NCBI GenBank assembly: GCA_044356295.1
Contig: JBIKWN010000032.1
Location: 1-29,128 of the forward strand
Length of the DNA stretch: 29,128 nucleotides
Origin: Bdellovibrionota bacterium
GTDB lineage: Bacteria > Bdellovibrionota_C > UBA2361 > JBIKWN01
Reading direction: 5' to 3'
The position numbers and the translations under genes were made by a program. Of the stretch, positions 8,112 through 16,255 are shown piece by piece; position 1 is the stretch's first letter, and every line of letters starts with the position of its first letter. The notes below the pieces were generated by a model that saw only the letters and a list, made by a program, of their open reading frames with translations, made no database searches and was not told the origin of the DNA.

Positions 8112-8777
8112 CTACCTATACGAGAGAATAAGAGATTTCATTAGTAGAGACCAACAATCAGATGAGAAAAACAAAAGAAGCTTCAACGGCAATCCGATTG
8201 TTAAAGGATTTACCATATGCATTCCGAGCCCTGCTAATACATTACAAATAATCAGATCTACCAATAAAAACGGTAACAGAAGAAGTACACCAATTCGGAA
8301 AGCATCTTTGAGTTCCGTTAGCAAAAATGATGGGAGTAAAACAATCCATGCTTGGATGCTGGATGGGTTATCGAGCGATGACATATCTTTTTGAATATCA
8401 ACTGTACCGCGAATTGTTTGAAATAAAATTTTACTCTCATAACTTGAGTGTTTTTTAAGAAATGAAAAATAAGGTTCTGCGATATGAAATACTTTTTGTT
8501 GTTCAATTTGACTTGTTAAAACATCCTCAAATTTTGGTTTTTCAATTGCTGTGCGGTTGATCATCTCTGTTGCTACTGGCTCAAAAATAAAAAGAGTCAT
8601 TACAAGACTGAGAATACTTACAATCAGTGCCCCTGGAACCGCTTGAGTACCGAGTGCATTTTTAATAAAGCTCAGAACGATATGTATCTTCAAATAAGAA
8701 GTGCACCCCATTAAGAATATAGGTACGACCGACAAACACAGTGACAATAAAAGTAGCTGCATTGGATCAGTCTTCAC
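8112..8777 (-). CDS. sctR: SctR/FliP-family export apparatus protein
   Basis: CTSYLKIHIVLSFIKNALGTQAVP and LPSFLLTELKDAFRIG...PFLLVDLII.NVL..LGMHMVNPLTIGLPLKLLLF. No FliP-type N-terminal signal extension, which favours injectisome-type SctR. GTG start overlaps the upstream stop (GTGA). Confidence 0.93.
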   Translation of the reverse strand: MKTDPMQLLLLSLCLSVVPIFLMGCTSYLKIHIVLSFIKNALGTQAVPGALIVSILSLVMTLFIFEPVATEMINRTAIEKPKFEDVLTSQIEQQKVFHIAEPYFSFLKKHSSYESKILFQTIRGTVDIQKDMSSLDNPSSIQAWIVLLPSFLLTELKDAFRIGVLLLLPFLLVDLIICNVLAGLGMHMVNPLTIGLPLKLLLFFSSDCWSLLMKSLILSYR

Positions 8778-9493
8778 GGCTGATCCTCATGAGCAATGGT
8801 CAGATTTGATAACTCTATATCATAACGACGCAGGTTTTCGGTGATTATATTTTTATTTGAATCAATCTTCTTAAATGGCAGATCATCCTGCGTTACTACA
8901 GAAACAGTGATAGCTTGATTATTGGCGACCGATGCATGAACCATTACAGCATGTTCGGAAGAAGATATTATTTTTGCACGTACAGCATCAGGAATAATTT
9001 TTTGAAATTCAATGCTGGTAGTTACAGGGGCGCTACTATTCTGAATAATAGATTGCGTCTGATAGAGAGGAACATCCTTTGAATAATCGATAAAAACTTC
9101 TGCTACATCTTCTTGTTGTATTTCCTCTCGCAACTCTTTCTCTTTGACTCTATCAAAATGTATCCTATCGTTAATCAGCTCGTGCTTGGATTCGTTATTT
9201 TTTAGAATACGCACTTTTTCATTTTGAGAGTCTTGGATACTTTTAAGTTGCGTTTCTTGAGTTATCTTTTTTAGCGCTATAACCTCTTTGCTCTTTGATA
9301 GTATGCCAAATACACTGCTATTTTTCGCTGAAGAGAGTTGATCTCCGATTTTTTTCATCTCTTCTTTATTGACCAAAAGAGATTGTTTGACTTTCTGATA
9401 CTCTTTGCCCAATAATTTTATTTCTAAATTATTTTTTCTTAATTCAGTCACTAACTTTCGATTCAGAATGGGCATGATTTTATCTGTCGTCAT
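8774..9493 (-). CDS. Putative SctO/FliJ-like coiled coil fused to an SctP/FliK C-terminal-like domain
   Basis: N-terminal ~135 aa are a Lys/Glu-rich coiled coil ending KHELIND...EKELREEIQQEDVA, similar to FliJ/YscO ends. The C-terminal VMVHASV...ITVSVVT...KIDSNKNIITENLRRYDIELSNLTI has the beta-beta-alpha-beta pattern of FliK_C/T3S4. Located just upstream of sctR. Confidence 0.5.
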   Translation of the reverse strand: MTTDKIMPILNRKLVTELRKNNLEIKLLGKEYQKVKQSLLVNKEEMKKIGDQLSSAKNSSVFGILSKSKEVIALKKITQETQLKSIQDSQNEKVRILKNNESKHELINDRIHFDRVKEKELREEIQQEDVAEVFIDYSKDVPLYQTQSIIQNSSAPVTTSIEFQKIIPDAVRAKIISSSEHAVMVHASVANNQAITVSVVTQDDLPFKKIDSNKNIITENLRRYDIELSNLTIAHEDQP

Positions 9494-9786
9494 GCCGAAC
9501 CTTGTTGAAGTTTTTTAACAGTTGAAGAGGCAGCTTCAGCACATTTACTGACCATTTCCATCTGAATTTGATACCGATGGCATATCGCCTGTGTTTGTAA
9601 CAGCTCTTGAGGGGCTATCTCTTTTTTTCCTAGTATAATTTGGTCGACTTTTTTCTGTATGTCTCTAAAAGAGAGGCCCTTTTCGTTAGAAGCAAAATTA
9701 TCAAAATGAGAAGAAATTTTGCCGGAAGGAGTATTATTTAGGTTTGGTAGCTGAAATTGTGCTTTCATACCTTTATCTTCGAGCAT
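9490..9786 (-). CDS. SctI (PrgJ/YscI/HrpB2) inner-rod-like protein
   Basis: C-terminal IAPQELLQTQAICHRYQIQMEMVSKCAEAASSTVKKLQQ matches the rod/needle-family pattern sP.eLL.+Q.....+...+E+.sK.......+..L. First gene of the sct operon. The start may be the ATG at 9768 (AAGG upstream). Confidence 0.65.
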   Translation of the reverse strand: MLEDKGMKAQFQLPNLNNTPSGKISSHFDNFASNEKGLSFRDIQKKVDQIILGKKEIAPQELLQTQAICHRYQIQMEMVSKCAEAASSTVKKLQQGSA

Positions 9787-9811
9787 TGGATTGATAAAGT
9801 TTCCTCAGTAT

Positions 9812-10387
9812 ATGAATAAAAAATCTGTTATTACCCAAATTCTGACCGAAGCCGCCGATCTTAAGACTAAATTATGTAGAGATTCTCATTTTATAGAATC
9901 AATTGAAAAGATAGCCGACGCTCTCATTACCGTAAAAAATAATGGTGGAACCATCTATATGTGCGGTAATGGAGGCTCTGCAGCAGACGCAATGCATTTT
10001 ACTGAGGAACTTGTTGCTCGTTACAAACGAGAGCGCCCCGGTATTAAAGCAATGCATTTTATCGATGGTGCTACGCTGACTTGTTGGGGTAATGACTATG
10101 GATACCCCACTGCCTTTGCAAGACAAGCCGAAACCTTTTGTACTAGAAATGATGTCTTAATAGGACTATCAACTTCCGGAAATTCAGAAAATATTATGCT
10201 TGCATTTGATGCTGCCAAAGAGCGTGGCTGTAAGACCATTGGTATACTTGGTAAAGATGGTGGGCGTATTAAAAACAATTCGGATTACGCTGTTGTTGTT
10301 CCTCATCAAGCAACAGAAAGGATTCAAGAAGCGCATATCATGATTGTTCATGTACTCTGTGAAATTCTAGAAACCTACGAATTATAA
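9812..10387 (+). CDS. gmhA: D-sedoheptulose 7-phosphate isomerase (phosphoheptose isomerase)
   Basis: CGNGGSAADAMHF.EEL, GNDYG, STSGNSEN, GKDGG, RIQEAH. ATG at 9812 is preferred over TTG at 9791. Confidence 0.95.
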   Translation: MNKKSVITQILTEAADLKTKLCRDSHFIESIEKIADALITVKNNGGTIYMCGNGGSAADAMHFTEELVARYKRERPGIKAMHFIDGATLTCWGNDYGYPTAFARQAETFCTRNDVLIGLSTSGNSENIMLAFDAAKERGCKTIGILGKDGGRIKNNSDYAVVVPHQATERIQEAHIMIVHVLCEILETYEL

Positions 10388-10397
10388 AAGTAGCGAC

Positions 10398-11531
10398 ATG
10401 TCAGATTTTTCTCACGATCTAAAGCAGAAAATCGATAGTCAAAAAACAATAGAAGACCCTATTGCTTCACTTGGTGGTGCAAAAAATCATGGTGATAAAC
10501 TAAGCCTTCTTGAAGCTATACTTAAAGAAGGCAAAAGTTTATCTTCCCCAATGATTGGTCCCCAAAGCCTTCAAACTGAAGCTTCATTCTCTTCAAGTGA
10601 GATGATAACGCATGCGGTCAGTCATACGCGTTCTGCTGAGGTCGAAGTTGCCAAAGCATTAAGCCCTGAAATGCGAATAAGCTTAGTTGAAAGAATTATT
10701 GCAGACAGACCGGATATATCGATTTCTCAGACAAAAGCGGTATGTGAGGTTTTAGATATAGATTCAAAACCTTTTGTTGATTCACTGATCAAAGACAAGG
10801 TCAATCAACTTCAAGAAACAATACAAGAGCAAAAAGATCTAAAGCAACTTCGTCACATTACCGTATCTCTTTTATATGAAGATCGTGCCACAACAGATGC
10901 AATTTCAGCACAATTCAAAGAGAAAACTGGAAGCTCTTTACAAACACAAATTGCAAATCAGTTTAAAGATCCTTCTACTGTATTCGCGCTCGATATAGCT
11001 CTACTCGGTCAACAGCCAACCCCTGCTCTTGATCTTGAGAGAGTTATGGCATTAATACATTTTGAAAAGCATCAACAAAAACATTTTAGTGGTCTTTTTT
11101 ATACTGCCGATCAGATTCACCTTGCACATGCTGAAAATGCTGCAAAACGTGCTTTAGAGTTTTTGAATAAAGTTGATAGTGAAGAACCTGATTCTCAAGA
11201 TACATTTTTTGCTCAGATGAAAAGTGCTACAGATTCATGGGAGCGTTATGTAAATTCGAAGGGAAGTTTTGCTGCCAATCCTTCCATGTTTCGAGGGCTT
11301 TTAATTTTCGTTCTATTGGCATTATCAGTTCTTTTTATTCAAACAAAAGATACTCAGTTATATTATTGGACAGGAACAATTCTTTTTTCTGTCATAACGT
11401 ATCTTGTTGGAGTAAAACGTCAAAGAGTCTTTCATGAAGATCTTACACAAATATTAAAAAATCCCTTCCTCACTGATTCAGAAAAGAGAGCACATAAGAA
11501 GAGCAATATACGGAAAAGATTTGCTGTATAG
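10398..11531 (+). CDS. Hypothetical helical protein with an annexin-like repeat and a C-terminal TM hairpin
   Basis: 377-aa ORF starting 10 nt after gmhA. Two hydrophobic helices (GLLIFVLLALSVLFI; YYWTGTILFSVITYLVGV) followed by a basic tail. AISAQFKEKTGSSLQTQIANQF resembles an annexin repeat. Confidence 0.75.
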   Translation: MSDFSHDLKQKIDSQKTIEDPIASLGGAKNHGDKLSLLEAILKEGKSLSSPMIGPQSLQTEASFSSSEMITHAVSHTRSAEVEVAKALSPEMRISLVERIIADRPDISISQTKAVCEVLDIDSKPFVDSLIKDKVNQLQETIQEQKDLKQLRHITVSLLYEDRATTDAISAQFKEKTGSSLQTQIANQFKDPSTVFALDIALLGQQPTPALDLERVMALIHFEKHQQKHFSGLFYTADQIHLAHAENAAKRALEFLNKVDSEEPDSQDTFFAQMKSATDSWERYVNSKGSFAANPSMFRGLLIFVLLALSVLFIQTKDTQLYYWTGTILFSVITYLVGVKRQRVFHEDLTQILKNPFLTDSEKRAHKKSNIRKRFAV

Positions 11532-11578
11532 TCTCCTACTATTATGGCTCCTCTCCCTATATAGTGAGAACATTATTC

Positions 11579-11612
11579 CCCGTGACCCTTCGACTACGCT
11601 CAGGGTTACGGG
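11579..11612. repeat. REP-like palindrome
   Basis: CCCGTGACCCT-TCGACTACGCTC-AGGGTTACGGG: an 11-bp GC-rich stem (one G-T pair) in an AT-rich intergenic region. The CCCTGAGCGTAGTCGAAGGG core is a widespread bacterial extragenic palindrome type. Confidence 0.75.
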
Positions 11613-11782
11613 AAACTGATTTCCAGTCTATTGGTAAAAGTGACACTATAATTTCGCAAAGAAAAATACGAATAGTTACTACATAATTTCAAAGTTTTCT
11701 GGATGTAGTATTTGATTGAATCTGATCGATTATATATCTGTTAGTACTTCGATACTGTTTGTAATTTTTAAAGGAGCCAATT

Positions 11783-11998
11783 ATGTCGAATGAAACAATC
11801 GTACCAAGGCTTCTGACCGTGAAAGAAGTATCTAAGCTCCTCAGAATTCATCGTCCAAAAGTTTATGACCTTATCAAACGTGGTGATATTAAGGGATTTA
11901 AACTTGGGGCAGACTGGAGAGTCAAGACAGAGTCAATAGAAACATTCATCGGAGAAATCACTCAAGAGCTACTCCATTCGATCAATAAGAAAGACTAG
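11783..11998 (+). CDS. Excisionase-like (HTH_17/MerR-superfamily) helix-turn-helix DNA-binding protein
   Basis: LLTVKEVSKLLRIHRPKVYDLIKRGDIKGFKLGADWRV. Strong AAGGAG RBS. Confidence 0.9.
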   Translation: MSNETIVPRLLTVKEVSKLLRIHRPKVYDLIKRGDIKGFKLGADWRVKTESIETFIGEITQELLHSINKKD

Positions 11999-12004
11999 AG
12001 TCTT

Positions 12005-12841
12005 CTATTGATTACGGACTAAAAATAAAGCATCCGATAAAGCAACAAACTCTTCAATCGAAAAAGTTTCAGCTCTTCTATTTGTATCAAAACCTAATGA
12101 TTGAAAAACTTCGATTATCCTTGCCAGTGGCTCTTTACCTTGCAATAGACCAGAAGCTCGAAGGCTATTAACTATTTTTTTTCTCCGTTGTAAAAAAGAC
12201 GCCTTTACAACTTTCCTTAGCCATTCATAATTTTTTACAGGATATCTTCCTTCAGGAACAAAGGTAAGAGTTACTACACGTGAAGATACCTGTGTTGGTG
12301 GATGAAAAGAATTACCAGGGACGATATTACCCATCGTTAATTGGCAAAAAAGTTGTGCACCTACAGAGAGAGTCCCATAGGATTTTGTACCTGGGGACGC
12401 AGCCATTCGCTCAACAAACTCTTTTTGAAGCATTAGTACTGCACGCTGAATCGACGATCGGTGATCAATGAGGTGAAAAAGGATTTCCGTTGAGAAACTA
12501 TACGGGAGGTTCCCATACACAATGAGATCGTTTCCGAACGATGAAAAATCTACAGTCCTAACATCTTGATTAACGATAGAAATACCTGGAAATTTTGTTT
12601 TTAGATTTTCACAGAATTTATCTTCAATTTCGATTACCGTAACAGGGTTTCCGGATTGAACGATCAAATCTGTCATTGCTCCCAACCCTGGTCCGATTTC
12701 AATAACTCTTTGGTTATTGCCAGGAATCACATTACCTTGTGAATAGATATGATTCACAACTGTTTCATCAATAAGGAAATTTTGTCCACGGGCCTTACTT
12801 GCTCTCACGTCTAGGCGAGCTAGGGTATCTTTAATTCTCAT
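12005..12841 (-). CDS. rsmA: 16S rRNA m6,2A1518/1519 dimethyltransferase RsmA/KsgA
   Basis: GQNFLID, IEIGPGLG, GNLPY, MLQKE, FHPPTQVSS, F.QRRK, RAE. Confidence 0.97.
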   Translation of the reverse strand: MRIKDTLARLDVRASKARGQNFLIDETVVNHIYSQGNVIPGNNQRVIEIGPGLGAMTDLIVQSGNPVTVIEIEDKFCENLKTKFPGISIVNQDVRTVDFSSFGNDLIVYGNLPYSFSTEILFHLIDHRSSIQRAVLMLQKEFVERMAASPGTKSYGTLSVGAQLFCQLTMGNIVPGNSFHPPTQVSSRVVTLTFVPEGRYPVKNYEWLRKVVKASFLQRRKKIVNSLRASGLLQGKEPLARIIEVFQSLGFDTNRRAETFSIEEFVALSDALFLVRNQ

Positions 12842-13881
12842 TGAATACTCTCAATTGGGTAACGCGCATAAACTCCAAGACCAAGAGATGATTTGACCAG
12901 AGAGAAATTTGTATCCAACCACCGAAAGCCTCCCGCTAATGCTATCATAGATGCATTATCTGTTGCGAATTGTGGTTCAGGTAAAAAGAGTGAAATATTT
13001 CGCTTGGAACAAAGATCTGTTACAGAATCTCTGAGAAGACGATTTGCAGATACGCCTCCGACAACTGAGATTACATTACATGTTGAATAAAGGTCTAAAG
13101 ATTTTTTTAATTTGTGCATTAGAGCGTCAACGATTGCATGCTCAATGGAATAACAGAGCTCTGCTTTATGAGAGGCAGATTCAGCACCGTTTTTTTTGAT
13201 TAGTAAATGAATAGCCGTTTTAAGTCCAGAAAAACTGAATCCATCAGCCTCTCGCATTACCTTCGGCAAAATAAAAGGTGAAGATGAAACCGATGCTGCT
13301 ACCTCTGAAAGAGCTTTTCCACCCGGATATGGAAATCCTAAAAGATGAGCAGACTTATCAAAGGCTTCTCCAGCTGCATCATCAATAGTCCGCGCAATCA
13401 CTGAATAGATTCCATTGGGTTTTACATGTACGAGCTCAGTATGTCCGCCGGAAACAATTAAAGAAATAAAATCAAAGTTCGGCAGCGTTTTATTGAGGAA
13501 AGAAGAATAAAGATGTCCTTCGATATGATTAACCCCGATAAGAGGTTTTCCAGTCGCAAAAGATAGCCCTTTTGCAAAATTTATTCCGATCAGAAGGCAT
13601 CCTTTTAATCCAGGCCCCTGAGTAACTGCGATACAGGTAGCATCATTGACCTCTTGCGGATATGTTTCACACAACTTCTTATAGAGTATTGGCAACGCTT
13701 TAAGATGCTCTCGAGCTGCAAGTTCGGGGACGACTCCACCATACTGTTGATGAAGTGCAATCTGTGATGCTAATACTTCTCCGATGACTTCATTGCGACC
13801 ATCTTTGTGAACACGAACTAGAGCTAAAGCCGATTCATCACAGCTTGTCTCAATTCCTAGTACAATGATCTCTTTACTCAC
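12838..13881 (-). CDS. tsaD: tRNA N6-threonylcarbamoyladenosine transferase TsaD
   Basis: LGIETSCDE, GGVVPELAAREH, NHIEGH, VSGGHT, DDAAGEAFDK, FSFSGLKT, GGVSAN, TDNASMIA. Confidence 0.97.
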   Translation of the reverse strand: MSKEIIVLGIETSCDESALALVRVHKDGRNEVIGEVLASQIALHQQYGGVVPELAAREHLKALPILYKKLCETYPQEVNDATCIAVTQGPGLKGCLLIGINFAKGLSFATGKPLIGVNHIEGHLYSSFLNKTLPNFDFISLIVSGGHTELVHVKPNGIYSVIARTIDDAAGEAFDKSAHLLGFPYPGGKALSEVAASVSSSPFILPKVMREADGFSFSGLKTAIHLLIKKNGAESASHKAELCYSIEHAIVDALMHKLKKSLDLYSTCNVISVVGGVSANRLLRDSVTDLCSKRNISLFLPEPQFATDNASMIALAGGFRWLDTNFSLVKSSLGLGVYARYPIESIQ

Positions 13882-13895
13882 AAAAGAATTCTTTT

Positions 13896-14762
13896 CTAAG
13901 AGAGTGAACGTAAATAGAGAACCATTGCTGAAATCTCTTGTTCATTTGCATTACGATAAAATTCAACAGGACATGCCTTAGGATCAATCGTCGTCTTATC
14001 TGGACGTATGCCAGCTTTGAAATATTCTATTAACTCAGACTCACTCCACATATTCATACTCTTAGATGTTCCAACAAGTCCTGGTACAACCATTTCAACA
14101 GATTCATTTTTAAATACTTTGCCACCGGCCAAATATTTTTCTCCAGAAAAAATTGAAGAATCCATCGTATGACAACTTCCACAACGAGCAACATGATTCA
14201 CTAAGTACTTTCCGTAAAGTATTTTATCGGATGGATTAATATCAGCAACAAATCCAGTTACTTTTGCTGGAGCAGAAAATAAACCAGTAGAATTTCTAGA
14301 AGTGAATCCAACAACTCTTTCCTTCACTTTATTATTGATGGGGGTTAGAGAACGAAGATAAGAAACGATTGATAAAGCATCTGCAGATGATATCCATTCA
14401 TAACCTCGGTGGATGGTTGGGGATCGTTTGTCAGGATGTTTTTTCCAAATTCCTCGAATTGACAAGATGACTTCATCATCAGACATAAATCCTATACCAG
14501 ATTTCGAAGGGGAAATATTTGGACTGCTTACTGCTCCGTAAAGGTCATACACATCCCTTCCACCTGCTATTGGGGCAACGGGAGAACTCGTAACGCCATG
14601 ACAAAATCCACATGCAGCAAGCCCTTTTACGAGATGCGCTCCACGTGCAATGACATCGGGTGAACGAGGAGCAGTTAAATTATCTTTTTTGACTCCACCA
14701 CAAGCAGAGAGCGCAAACATAAGAAGCAAAATGCTCGATATTATATAAAATCGTTTGTCCAT
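13896..14762 (-). CDS. Diheme cytochrome c lipoprotein
   Basis: Lipobox LSAC; two CxxCH motifs (CGFCH, CGSCH), each preceded by RG/YG.x.LV; repeated YLRSL domain ends. Confidence 0.88.
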   Translation of the reverse strand: MDKRFYIISSILLLMFALSACGGVKKDNLTAPRSPDVIARGAHLVKGLAACGFCHGVTSSPVAPIAGGRDVYDLYGAVSSPNISPSKSGIGFMSDDEVILSIRGIWKKHPDKRSPTIHRGYEWISSADALSIVSYLRSLTPINNKVKERVVGFTSRNSTGLFSAPAKVTGFVADINPSDKILYGKYLVNHVARCGSCHTMDSSIFSGEKYLAGGKVFKNESVEMVVPGLVGTSKSMNMWSESELIEYFKAGIRPDKTTIDPKACPVEFYRNANEQEISAMVLYLRSLS

Positions 14763-14854
14763 AAATACACCACTCTATCCAATGCTTATAGTAAACTTCT
14801 CAGCTCTTGATGCAACAAGAGGTTGTAAAAAATAGACCCAGTTTCAATAAAATA

Positions 14855-16255
14855 CTAGTAGTCTTTTCCAAGAATGGCATCAAAGCTCGCTTGAGCCTTT
14901 AAAAAATCGAGTTTAGCATCAACGACACGAATTGCAGCATCAGCAGTTGTTTGCTCACGAAGGTTCACAAAAATAAGGTTTGAATCTCCGTGAAAAAAAC
15001 GCTCTCGTTCCCCAGATTCGACTTCTTGAGCGATAGTGTACTCTTTACTAGACATCAATATTCTTTCTCTATTTTGATTCAGTGCAGAAATCACATCTTT
15101 CAAATCTGCTTTTATTCGATCTTGTAAAAAAGAAATAAGAAATGTTAGTTCTTTATCTTTAGCCTCTAATGTTTTCTTTCTTCCAATAGCAACTCGATTA
15201 AATAAAGGAACTTCAAATTTAACACCTCCACGGAGCTCAAATTCGTCACGATTTTCTTCCATGACTCCAAAATCTTGTGCAGCAGCAACTTGCAGATCTA
15301 ATCGAGGTAATAATTGATTATCAGCAAGCCTCAACTCTAAAGTATTCTGTTCTTTTTGCTGTTTTAATCGAATGAGATCAGGTCGAGACAAATATGCTTT
15401 ATGTAATTGCTCATCAAAATCAATTATTGGCTTGATCGAAGGAACTATAAGATCTGAAGGGATAATTTCTTGTGAGGGGATCATCGGTTGTCCCAAATCA
15501 GAACGATAAAACAGAGAGAGCTCATATGAGGCTTGCTGCAAGATACGTTCAGCTTGAATCACTAATGCGTTTCGTTGCAGTACGGTGCGCTCGTTATCAA
15601 TGACATCAAACTGTGCAAGATCTCCTTTCACTTGACGCTGAGAAAGTTGTTGTTGACGTTTCTTTGTGACTGAAAGATATTCTTTTTGTATCGAAAGTTT
15701 TTTTCCTGCTGCAATCCAGTCGTAAAATGTGCTCTTTGCTCCGCGAGTAATCTCTATTCTTCGCTGTAATAAAGAAGCATTACCTATAGTTGACTGAATT
15801 TTGGCACGTTCCAAATTAGTTCTTCTTCGATCAACTTCACCATCTCGAAGCACTGGAACTTCTACACCAGCGCGCACTTCTCCATCATTTTGCGTTTCTT
15901 GTTCTGCGTAATAAACAGGAAAATCACCACCACTTTTCCTATATCCAGCAATAAACTTTGTTCCATACAGTGAGGTTGGTTGCTCAATCGAAGCATCAAG
16001 ATAGCCACCTGTATAATTACCAGTAATATAATCTGATGTAGCCACTTTGAGTGTAGGATCAAAACCTCCCTCCGCTGACTGTAATTCAGCCGTGGCAGCT
16101 TCGACTTCCGTTGAAGACGCTTTAATAGAGGGATGGTGTTCCTGCGCAGAACGTATAACATCTTGGAGATCTAAGGGCGAAGCAAAAATAAAAGAAGATT
16201 TTGTGATAACAAATATAAAAAATATTTGAAAAAAATATTTTTTACTTAACAACAT
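14855..16255 (-). CDS. TolC-family outer membrane efflux protein
   Basis: Signal peptide, LQDVI..A..HHP, RPDL, NQLLPRLDL, ERF.HGDS. Third gene of an ABC-HlyD-TolC operon. Confidence 0.9.
   Translation of the reverse strand: MLLSKKYFFQIFFIFVITKSSFIFASPLDLQDVIRSAQEHHPSIKASSTEVEAATAELQSAEGGFDPTLKVATSDYITGNYTGGYLDASIEQPTSLYGTKFIAGYRKSGGDFPVYYAEQETQNDGEVRAGVEVPVLRDGEVDRRRTNLERAKIQSTIGNASLLQRRIEITRGAKSTFYDWIAAGKKLSIQKEYLSVTKKRQQQLSQRQVKGDLAQFDVIDNERTVLQRNALVIQAERILQQASYELSLFYRSDLGQPMIPSQEIIPSDLIVPSIKPIIDFDEQLHKAYLSRPDLIRLKQQKEQNTLELRLADNQLLPRLDLQVAAAQDFGVMEENRDEFELRGGVKFEVPLFNRVAIGRKKTLEAKDKELTFLISFLQDRIKADLKDVISALNQNRERILMSSKEYTIAQEVESGERERFFHGDSNLIFVNLREQTTADAAIRVVDAKLDFLKAQASFDAILGKDY

Noticed and set aside
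6469..8777. Calling the cluster flagellar fliPQR-flhB
   Set aside because: No other flagellar genes are nearby, SctR lacks the FliP signal extension, SctT has the D..RG injectisome-like motif and a rod-like gene leads the operon. Not fully excluded without a phylogeny.
9812..10387. Functional link between GmhA heptose metabolites and the T3SS/FHA genes (ADP-heptose signalling analogy)
   Set aside because: GmhA is an ordinary LPS-core enzyme, and adjacency alone gives no support.
11783..11998. Prophage or integrative element suggested by the excisionase-like gene
   Set aside because: No integrase, att-like repeats, tRNA or phage genes in the window; the flanks are housekeeping genes.
14804..14821. 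CTCTTG-N6-CAAGAG hairpin as terminator of the tolC operon
   Set aside because: Only a 6-bp stem, with no U-tract on the appropriate side.
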